This document shows positions 53,893 through 64,000 of a stretch of DNA of 64,000 nt, piece by piece. The notes under the pieces are model-generated. The model did no database searches. It saw only the letters and a list, made by a program, of their open reading frames with translations, and was not told where the DNA came from. Source of the DNA: Callorhinchus milii (lineage: Eukaryota); assembly GCF_018977255.1 (NCBI RefSeq), contig NW_024704743.1:86430001-86494000 (forward strand), in the 5' to 3' direction. Each line of letters opens with the position of its first letter. Position 1 is the stretch's first letter. Both the position numbers and the translations under genes were made by a program.

Positions 53893-55221
53893 TTTTGCTA
53901 TTATTATCGACCCCTCATATCAAGGAATATTATTATTTTCATTATAGGTTCTTTGGATTGAATTAGTGGAATTATTTGCATGCTCTTTATTGCTTTATCG
54001 CTAACGTGGATTCCTGTCGTAGAAATGTCCATTTTTCTTCATGTAGACTTGGTCAAAGAATGACTGCTATAGCCTTTGCCCCTATCTGCCCTACCATCAG
54101 CAGTTGGGCTTTCAGTCATTTTGACCTCACTCTCCGGATGTCTATCTTGGAGTCCCTCTAACTCGCTTCCTCCCTTACCTCATTTAAGGTCTATCTCAAG
54201 GTGTACTCTTTGACCGCACCTTTGGTCTTCTTTACCCTCCTCAGCCCCCTCAGCTCCCACTCCCAGTTCGGGTGCTTAGCCAGCAGTGAAAGTTACTATA
54301 TAAATATAAATTGTATTGTATTTCTACATTCAAGATCATCAGCTATATATTTAATTCCTGATTCATTCAGAGACATTAAGGGGTTCTACTGATATGTTTT
54401 TAAAAAAACACCAACCTTATGAAGATGCTCAAAAAGCAAAAGTACAAATGTCACTTATCTCTAAAAGCATTCACCATTTCCATGTGTGCAGAGGAACGGT
54501 GAAGTCAAGATAAATACAAATCATAGAGAATTGTTCCAGGTGTTTCAGAGCATCTTATCCCATCACCCTTTCTTAATTTCTTCTCTGATTTGGAAGGAAA
54601 ACAAGTTGCTTTATCACGTGTCTCACAGCCAACTATTATTAAACATGTTAAAACTATTGTGTTCATACTCTTTAATCACAGTGAAGTTAACTGTGTGCTT
54701 TTCTTGGCAACTTTGATACAAATTTAGCAAAATTCTATTCTTTAAGAGTTCTTTCATTCTATCAACTATTCCAATTACTCCACAATCCTATGATGCAAAG
54801 AGACTTGTTCGGATCTCTGTTTAATTTCCATATCTGTCCATGAAAGAGGGGGTGGGAAGCAACAGCACAAATGCTTCCACATACTAGGTAAAGTGCATCT
54901 CTTGCTGGGATCCCTTATTATATTGACCAATAAGAGATCAGCTTGAGCCCATTTCTCATGGTGTTTTCTACTGGAGAAATTAGAGATGGCAATTGACAGG
55001 TAAATAAAACCCAAATCAAAACAGCTGCCCACGATTGCAGACAAGAAATTGCTTTTAGTGCCACAATTTGTGTTGGAATGGAATGGGTTTAACAAGTCTA
55101 AAAACAGTCATATACAAACTAAAGCAGCTGTTTCAAATATTGTAACTCCATTATTAATTTAGAAACTATATCCTCAGAATGTAGAGGAAAACTATAATGA
55201 TTTACACAGTGGGGCTGCAAT

Positions 55222-55440
55222 GCAATACAATTTACATTTATATAGCACCTTTCAAGTAAGGAGCACTTCACATTGCTGGCTTGGCACCCGAGCTGAGGAT
55301 GGGAGATGAAGAGTCTGGGAAGGAGAGAGATGACTGAAGTCTCGGTCAAAGAGGTGATTCTTGAGACAGGTTTGGAACGTGAGGGAGGGAGGGAGGGAGT
55401 CTGAGGTACAGGAGTTGAGAGTTGGATTTCCAGATTGGGG
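55222..55440 (-). mobile_element. L2 3' end
   Basis: Reverse reading SLTFQTCLKNHLFDRDFSH followed by 3' UTR. Confidence 0.7.
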
Positions 55441-56344
55441 CAGAATGGTTGTAGGCTTGTCCACTGTTGGTTGGGCAGATATTTATTATTATTATTTAAA
55501 AATGTGGGAAATACCATCCAGCCACATTGGTTTGAGCCTAGAAATGACAGCATTGCCTGTAATGTTCAGAAATCATTGCAACACGAATTCAATTTGATGA
55601 CCGATGAACTGCATCACCTAACAACACCTGAAGTCATAAATTATTTTTCAAGGGAATTGGTACCATAGAATTAAAGAGCACATAATAAGGGCCAATTGGC
55701 TCATTGTTATGGTAGCTTTTTGAAAGAGCAATTAATTCAGTCCCATTTACCTGTCTTTTCCCCATATGTCTACAAATATTTTCACTTTATTTATCTAGGT
55801 TCCTTTTGAAAGAGAAAGAATGACAACATTTCTATTGATATTATCTGGGAGTCTAAAAAGCACTTTACAATTGTACCCAATGCTCCTGCCGAATGAACAG
55901 CACTCCTTCCAGGGAGACCCCAGTTTTTCACAATACCCCAGTCTAGATGACATCTTGGGTCTAAACCAAGTCATGCAACTCTGTGATATGCAGGGATTCA
56001 CAGAAGAATAATCTGTTTATGTTGCATTTTTGGCGGAGACCTCACAATGGTGATGCAGTGAGTCGAAAGCAGCCCTGAACTGAAAAAGAGTGAGGGAGAT
56101 TTATAGGTACATTAAGGAGAAACTCCTATTTTTTAAGAATAGGAACAGTAGGGGGGAAAGCAGCACGCTGCAGAATCACAACACGTACTCGTGCTTCATA
56201 AACATCCCATCCCAGTGGGGAGTAACCATGGTCATTTCTGGAGTTTGCATATGACATTCAACAATTCTGTGTATAACAATGGAAAATATAAAAAAAGAAC
56301 ATTTTGAGAATTACTAAAAGTCCAACAAAAGCATAAAACAAACT

Positions 56345-57040
56345 TTTGAGTGATTGTGGCCATTCATTTCATGAGCAACTCACAAGCTGCCAACTGCACG
56401 TCTATGCCAGGTCCTCCGCTCATGCATCATACAATACCTTTGCAATTAGAAACACATGGAAGCAGAGCAAACACAATCTCAATTCCTTCCCATTACACCA
56501 AATGTTGAATCAAAGAAAACATTATTCCCCAAAACACACCCTAAAACGGCTATGGGTTACAGTGTCTTGCTACCAATGTTTGCAATGGTGTATAAAAATG
56601 ACTGTTCTTCTGCAACTACCAGTGCCACAAGTCATTATGGATCTTCAGCTGGTTATTATTAAGGTCTTCAAACAGAAAAAGAAATGTTGCAATACTGACT
56701 TAATGATTTGTTATTTTTGGTCGATTTATATGTGCTCAAATATTCTTGACATTGTGACGACCTCATTTCAATGTATACGATGTTGTCATATATATATATC
56801 AAGAAATGTGGTCACCCTTATAACATATGACTTAACTTGTGTTTCTTGGAATGCCCTTCTTTAATAATGGGATAGGCTTTGAATTAATACTGTTTGATTG
56901 AAGTGCTGCTGGATTGATATCAATGCTTGCACAGGCTTTACATTTATATCAACTATCAGAAAAGGGATGAAAATTGCACCATGTGCTATGTTAGTTAACA
57001 AACTGTTGAAAATTTCCACCCAGTAAAGATATCGACTGGT
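56345..57040 (+). mobile_element. Decayed hAT/ZBED-like transposase fossil, N-terminal half (tentative)
   Basis: BED-finger remnant HF......AANC/xLC...YNTFAIR/KHMEAE (56353-56470), YISRNVVT, LKCCWID, *KLHHVL and H/TSKDI, in hAT order with frameshifts. Recognised by eye only. Confidence 0.45.
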
Positions 57041-59119
57041 CTGCAGGTGTAACCTCCTCCTACAATGGATTGGCTCAAAGACAGATATGCCACAAATCAG
57101 ATTTGGTTTGTGGTTCATAGCATTGAACAACAGAGCTACTGAGATATTGGTTTAACCAAAATATCCTATGTTACTCTAATTCTTATACCCTGCAAATCAA
57201 TTAATTTGTTAAATAACTGTCTAATTTGCTCTTGAATTTGTTGACACTACCTACCTGCCTTCACCACGTACCTTGGAAACTCATTCTACATTTTCTCCAT
57301 TCTCCATAAGTAATTCTGAACTGTATGTTTATCTTCCCTCTTCTGAGCTTGAGTATTAAGTATCCCATTACAGTATTACGATCATTCTTATTTACCGTTT
57401 CATATAATTCTATAAGGTCCCAACTGAGACATTTCTTTTTGAGGCTGAATAGCGCTGGTTTAGCTTATCATTCTTCGAAGCTCTTCCTTTACCAATGTAA
57501 GTAGCTCCTTCCCACTGAGGTTAGTTTAACAATTGTTTTATGGCAATTGTTTATAAAATACTTTGGTAATACATCACTTAAACAGATCTTTAAAGCTTTG
57601 ACAATATTTCTCAAAGCTTTAAAGATCTTTATACCAGTCTAGTTTTTACCATTGTGTTTAATGACAACTTACTTCCAAATATTGCCAAAAGACAAACACA
57701 TATGAAACACAGCAGACTTAACCAAAACATTAGATTTATAGAACATTTGAGTTTAATGGTGACCGAAATTTCACCCCAAGTGATTTTGGCTGAATCAGGA
57801 ATGTTTTAATTTTAATTTACTTTTAGACAGGGTAGGGGGCATCCAATTAACTGCTAATCTAGCAGTGTATATATGCCTTGGCTCGCTGAAAGTCTTACCA
57901 AATTAATAGGTAAGTCTGCATCTGTTCCCTTACAAGAGAGATTCATCCATATTCCTTGACAGTTGTTGGCAGCTTGTGCAGCAGGGTGCATTTTTCGGGA
58001 TCTTGCGCCTGGGAGTACCCATACATGAACGCTCATTCCTAATAAATAGAAAAGAGTTATAGGCTGCTGGAAAATAGGTCCCAGATTTTATAGTCTGAAA
58101 GATCCTACGAGGCATTAATCAGCTGGTGCAGATGCATTGTTGTATAAGTTAGTTCTGACAGACAAAGCAGTATATCTTGTCCATAAAAGGCGTGTGTGTT
58201 TTCCTCTGTGTTCACTCCCTGCTTGACATGACTATCACATACAGAAGCTAATGTGTACAAATGGGGAGCAGAAGCAATGTATCTGACTCCTCCATTGACC
58301 AGACAAAGGATTTGTTATTCTTTTATTGGTATTTGACTCATTTTTCTCTTTTGTGGTTACTCGCCACCTTGAATTCGTTCCTAGTTGGCAGGATAAAGTA
58401 GTTTGGGATGCAGATTCTCCAATGCTGCCAGTCCACCGTACAACCAGTGCGCAAGAAGAGAAATCCAATACTCTCAGTCTGGACTATGTCTGTCTTCATT
58501 ACGCTATTCACTGCACTGGAATGCCTCAATATCACATGTCCCATGTTCCTATCCAGATGAGGAGTTAACCAATTCAACAAAGTGACGATATTCCAAAGGC
58601 ACAACCACAGGATTTGGATTATGTGAAGCAGACCAATTGCTTGTGGTATCAACCCACTCAAAAACAATTAATCCTGCAGATTTTAGTTTGCGTATGTGCA
58701 AAATATAATGACCATGATCTCACTATATCTGATAAGCGCAGTGGCAGCTCATCAAGTGAGAAAGTTAAGCACCTGCTCACCTAGATTTTATATATACCTT
58801 GCAGTGAGCATTGCGAGACAAGCGAATGTGAGCTGAGTGAATTGGGTGAGCAGGACCAGCAAAGGAACAAAGGCCAGCAGGAGAGAGGCCCAGCCATTGT
58901 GTGAAGGGCCCAGTGCCATGGTATAAGATAGCTTGGTTAGACAAACTCATAGATTTCCTAAGCAAGTGTGCTACATCTGTCAAATAGGTCACCAGCTGCC
59001 ACTGTAAGGATGCCTCAGCTCTTCAATAAAGCATTACAAGCCCCTTCCTAACCATGTCCAAGTGCTTTCAAGTGTGTGTTTTTTTTTTACAGGCTGTCAT
59101 GTTGCATTTCTGGCTTATG

Positions 59120-59306
59120 AGAATTTCTCTTTGACCGTGCTTTCAGCTCCCTTCTCGACTCTCTACCCCCTCCTCGCTCCGTCCCTTCCCTCCCCTCACC
59201 ATGACCATTTCCCCCCTGCTCGGGTCCTGACCCAACTGTACAGCGCCTTGGGTCGTCCTCCCGACGTGAAAGGCGCTCAATAAATGGAATCTTGTTGTTG
59301 TTGTTG
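59120..59306 (+). mobile_element. L2 3' end with (GTT)n tail
   Basis: ctttgaccgtgctttcagctcc...ctgtacagcgccttgggtcgtcctcccgacgtgaaaggcgctc...ttgttgttgttg. Confidence 0.75.
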
Positions 59307-60214
59307 ATGAGAATCACTACTCAGAATCATTATTAAGGAATCGCATTCATTTATGCCACAAATTACATTCATTGAAATTACAGTATGACTTGTATTATTA
59401 ATCAACTCTCTATTGGCAGGCATTTTGTTCGCAATAATGTTTTTGATGGGCATTTGGATTGATTTCTAGAATGTTTCTGATAAGGGCTACTGACATAAAT
59501 TGAATGTTAAATCAAATGTTGTCTACTTGCAACATTCAGAAGTCATAGGGCAAAACAACCCAGGACTCTTACGGCTATCATCTTACGGTTATTGATTGTG
59601 CAGGTTGAGCAGCTAGTCAATTAGTCAATTCAAATGTTGTTGTGGCTAACGTTCAATCAAACAAAATGTTGTTAAAGCTATTCCTTCTGAACATGAACTG
59701 TAGGTGAATAGAAGCAGCTAAATATTGAAGGCCCTAAATATGGAAGACCTGCAAAGCGCACATCTGTTAGTACCATATTGTAGTACATCATGTAACTTAT
59801 GCTACCTCTCAACTCAAATAAATTGTTTAAATCTTGAACAATTTTGTTCTAAAAAGTATCTTTCAATTCAGCATAACTTCATTTCTACCCCCTTAGAAAT
59901 TGCAGGTCGGAGGAGATTTTTCATAACTTGGTGTGACGTGATTGGGGTTCCCTGGAGGAGGTACTTTTTCCCTGAGACAATTATTTTCCATTGCAAGGTA
60001 CCATTTATGCTGCAGTTTTCCCATTCAAGCATTTTTTCAACAACAATGACTCATGAATAAGTGTCAGGGAAGTGAAAATAAAGTAAGAACCCACTGTGTT
60101 GGATGCAGAACTTTTTTTTGCAAATGTAATAACTTTATAATTAGATGAATTTTTAATTTATTTAATAGAAGCAACTGGACCTCAGCTTCAAACACTTCCC
60201 AAGAGATAGTTAAA

Positions 60215-60418
60215 ATAATAATCCCTCCAAAAAACCAAAACATTAAAAAATTGGTCATTTTCAATCTACGACTGTTTGTGGGACATTGTTGTGCGCAATT
60301 GGCTGCCGCGTTCGCCCACAAAAAAATATACAGTCAATTCACTTTACAGTGTGTTCTGTCAAGCGCTTTGGGACGTCCTCCCGACACTATATCAAATGCA
60401 AGGATTATTATTATTATT
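60215..60418 (+). mobile_element. Young SINE, 5'-truncated (no tRNA head)
   Basis: Starts at aataataatccctccaaaaaacc and runs to (ATT)n; small internal deletion near the end. Confidence 0.88.
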
Positions 60419-60550
60419 AAATCATCAGATTCAGTTGAAGAAGGCCTTTTGGACCATTTGATGTAACCCTTCCAGAACACTTACCATAGCTTCAGACGTC
60501 TCACTGACATGGTAAGGCGGTACATCAAATGGACGGATTATTAAATGGAA

Positions 60551-63500
60551 GGATTACTCCCAGTGCCTCGTGCAAGTGAGTATCAAAACAATAGGATCAA
60601 ACACATGAATGCATGGCTTGAGAAATGGAGCAAAAGGAGGGCTTCAGGTTCCTGAATCATTGGGACCAGTTCTGGGGCAGTTGGGACCTGTACAAGGTGG
60701 ATGGGTTACACCTGAACAGGGCAGGGACCAATGTCCTCGGAAGGAGGTTAACCAGTGCTGTGGTGAACAGTTTAAACTAATTTTGAAGGGGGAAGGGAAT
60801 CAGGATGTAGCATTAGAGAGGACAAACAAGTTACATAGAGGGCTGGTGGAGATGAATAGCAATGTAATAAGGAGTGATCCAGAAAAAGGAGGGATTAGAC
60901 AGGGGAGAATTGCACAACAGACTAAATGGGCCTTGGAGTGCATGTGTGTAAATGCACAGAGTGTGACAAATAAGATTAGTGAGCTGTAGGCTCAAGTTGC
61001 TACATGGGGTCATGATGTACTGGCCATAACGGAGACCTGGCGCAAGCAAGAGCAGGAATGGGATCTGAATATTCTTGGCTACAATGTATTCAGGAGGGAT
61101 AGGGAAGGAAAATGGAAGGGGTCATGGCAATATTGATTAAAGACGCAGTTACGGCCTTGAAAAAGGACGATGTGCTAGAGGGTCCAAAAACAGAATCTAT
61201 TTTGTAAGAATTAAGGAGCAGAAAAGGAGTTGTTACTATGTAGGTGCATACTGTAGCCCACCAAATAGTGGGAAGGAGATAGATGAGGAAATCTGCAAGC
61301 AGATTTCAGAAAGATGCAAAACCAATAAAGCATAGGGAAAATGGGACTTCTATTATCCTATCATAGACTGGCAAAATAACAGTGTAAAGGGCAAGGAGGG
61401 GGCAGGATTCCTGAAATGTGTGCAGGATAACTTTCTGGATCAGTATGTTGCCAATCCATTGAGGATTGCAGTGCAAGAATTAGTTCTGGGTAATGAAGTG
61501 GGGCAAGTGGAGCAGGTTTCAGGAGGAGAGCATCTGGACAACAGTGATCACAACATCATTAGGTTTAGAGTACTTATGGAAAGGAACAAGGAGCAATCAA
61601 AGGTGAAGATACTCAACTGGAAGAGGGCTAATTTGAATGAATTAAAAAGGGACCTAGCCAAGGTGGACTGGAAAGAAAGATTGGCAGGTAAAACAGCTAA
61701 GGAGCAATGGGAAGCCTTCAAGGAGGAAATAGTTTGGGGACAGAACAAATACATTCCCACAAAGGAGAAAGGTAGGGCATCCAAACCTCCCTGGATGAAT
61801 AAGGAAATTGGAATTAAAATAAAACAGAAAAAGGAGGCTTATGCTAAATGTCAGGACCAAAATACAGAAGATAATCAAATAGAATATAGAAAGTACAGAA
61901 GAAAACTGAAAAAAGGAAATAAGAGTGGCAAAGAGACTGCCCGCTCCCTCCGTTCAGCGGGCTCCGGCCTGCTCCATGTCTCCTGCCGTACCATCGGTGG
62001 CCGGGCTTTCAGCCTCTCTGAAGGCAATATTCTTGTGGAAGCAGAGGGCATGGCTGACATACTGAATGAATACCTTGCATCTGTCTTCACAAAAGAAGAG
62101 GATGCAGCCAATGACACAGTATCAGTGGAGAGGATAGAGAAATTGTGTAAGATACGAATAACCTGAGAAGAGGCACTAAAAAGGTTCTCGGTGCTTAAGG
62201 TAAATAAGTTACCCGGTCCAGACAGGATGCATCCTAGGTTACTGAAGGAAGTAAGGGTAGAAATAGCAGAGGCTCTGGCCACAATCTTTCAATCCTCCTT
62301 GGACATTGGAGTGGTGCCAAAGAACTGGAGAATTGCAAATGTTACTTCCCTGTACAAAAAGGGGCAGAAAGATAAACCCGGGACTACAAGCCAGTCAGCC
62401 TAATGTCAGTAGTGGAGAAACTAGAGACAATAATCTGGAACAAAATTAATTTCCCCTTAGAAAAATATGGGTTAATAAAGGACAGCCAACATGGATTTGT
62501 TAAAGGCAAATCATGTCTAACAAGCCTGATGGAGTTCTTTTGATGAAGTAACGGAGAGGGTAGATGAAGGTAGTGCAGTTGATGTAGTTTATACGGATTT
62601 TCAAAAAGCGTTTGATAAAGTGCCACATAAGAGACTTGTAAGCAAAATAGAAGCTCACGGTATTCACGGGTTATTGGCAGCATTGATACAGAACTCTCTG
62701 AGAGACAGAAAACAGAGTGTGGTGGTGAACGGTCGTTTTTCTGACAGGAGGGAAGTGTTCAGTGGTGTCCTCCAGGGTTCAGTATTGGGACCATTGCTGT
62801 TTTTGATCTATTTAAATGACCTGAATTTGGGCATAAGGAATACAATTTCCAAGTTTGCAGATGACACTAAGCTAGGAAAAGTAGTAAACAGTGAGGAGGA
62901 TAGTAGCAGACTGCCAATGGACATAAACAAACTGGTAAAATGGGCAGAGACGTGGCAGATGAAGATTAATGTGGAGACCTGCGAACTGATGCATTTTGGG
63001 AGGAAGAATGACGAGAGGCAATATAAGCTGATGGTACAATCTTAAATGGGTGAGGGAACAGAGAGACCTGGGGGTTCAAATAAGTAAACCTTTGAAGATG
63101 GCAGGACAAGTAGATAAAGCTTTTAAAATAGCATACAGGATACTAGGTTTTATAAATAGGGGATAGAATACAAAAGTTAGGAAGTTATAATAAATCTTTA
63201 TAAAACACTGGTTAGGCCTCAGCTAGAGTACAGTGTTCAGTTCTGGGCACCGCACTTTAGGAAGGATGTCAAGGCATTGGAGAGGGTGCAAAGAGATTTA
63301 CCAGGTTGGCACCAGAAATGAGGGACTTCAGTTATCAGGAGAGGCTAGAGAAGCGAGGATTATTCTCCTTGGAGCAGAGAAGGTTAAGAGCAGATTCAAT
63401 AGAAGTTTTCAAAATTTTGAGTGGAATCGATGGGGTGAAAAAGGGGAAACTATTTCCACTGGCGGGTGGGTCGGTAACCCAAGGACACCGATTTAAAATA

Positions 63501-63787
63501 TTTTTTAAAAGAAATAGAGGGGAGGTGAGGCGAAATGTTTCACACAGCGAGGTGTTCGGATCTGGAATGCATTGCCTGACAAGGTGGTGGAAGCCGATTC
63601 GATAACAACTTTTAGGAGAGACGTAGATAATTATTTGGGGAGGACAAGTTTCCAGGGCTATGGGGAGAAAGCGGGGGAGTGGGATTGAATTGGATAGCTC
63701 TTTTCAAAGAGCCGGCGCAGATGAGCCGAATGGCCTCCTTCTGTGCTGTATAATTTTATGATTCTATGCTTCTATGATTCTATGATT
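60551..63787 (+). mobile_element. CR1 LINE, 5'-truncated, inactive: ORF1 C-terminus (SGNH esterase-like) plus disrupted ORF2 (APE endonuclease and RT) and 3' UTR
   Basis: ORF1 remnant GLLPVPRASE..MNAWL..FWGSWDLYKVDGLHLNRAG ends at TAA 60780. Endonuclease motifs CVNAQS, AITETW, SDHNII. RT motifs [34 protein letters not shown] (62854-62865). (ATTCTATG)n tail. Multiple stops and frameshifts. Confidence 0.95.
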
Positions 63788-63834
63788 ATTAATACCCTCC
63801 CATTACACATTATGCAATTCCTTAAATGAGACCT

Positions 63835-64000
63835 GCATTCTTGTCTGGTTCGATTCCTATCTCTCTCATCGTCTCCACTTTGTTGCCTCCAACAGTTTCT
63901 CCTCCAGCCCCCGCACTATCACATCTGGCATCCCCCAGGGCTCTGTCCTTGGCCCTCTCCTCTTTAATATCTACATGCTCCCCCTTGGTGAAATCATCCG
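63835..64000 (+). mobile_element. L2 LINE RT fragment running off the window end
   Basis: WFDSYLSHR...[27 protein letters not shown]. Confidence 0.85.

Noticed and set aside
61420..63605. Intact, active reverse transcriptase gene
   Set aside because: ORF2 is broken by multiple stops and frameshifts, and the element is 5'-truncated.
60537..63792. attattaa as the CR1 target-site duplication
   Set aside because: Low complexity and offset from the apparent 5' junction by several bases, so it cannot be supported.
38655..64000. Angiopoietin exon 1 or an alternative first exon or promoter
   Set aside because: No signal-peptide/superclustering coding sequence or CpG island found; the region appears to be part of a long first intron.

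Overview
AT-rich, repeat-dense vertebrate intronic DNA. The repeat set (tRNA-Ala-headed SINE with an (ATT)n tail, Deu-domain SINEs, CR1 and L2 LINEs) points to a cartilaginous fish, plausibly a chimaera such as the elephant shark; this is inference from recalled repeat families, not a search result. The window lies inside one minus-strand angiopoietin gene. Six internal coding exons were reconstructed by hand, all with GT-AG boundaries and compatible phases: 38499-38654, 35230-35351, 24782-25014, 13898-14016, 9430-9531 and 3669-3835 (899 nt). They correspond to exons 2-7 of ANGPT1, covering the coiled coil, linker and first part of the fibrinogen-like domain. The ORF track misses three of them. 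Exons 1, 8 and 9 were not found and are presumably outside the window. The protein is closest to ANGPT1 but has some ANGPT4-like and ANGPT2-like residues, and its linker cysteine is displaced into the next exon. The introns hold young and old SINEs (several in inverted or nested arrangements), L2 and CR1 fragments, a 3.2 kb 5'-truncated CR1 carrying an L2-derived patch in ORF2, decayed piggyBac and hAT transposase fossils, a MITE-like family and two local duplications. I found no convincing wholly new biological system; the findings are hypotheses of modest strength.
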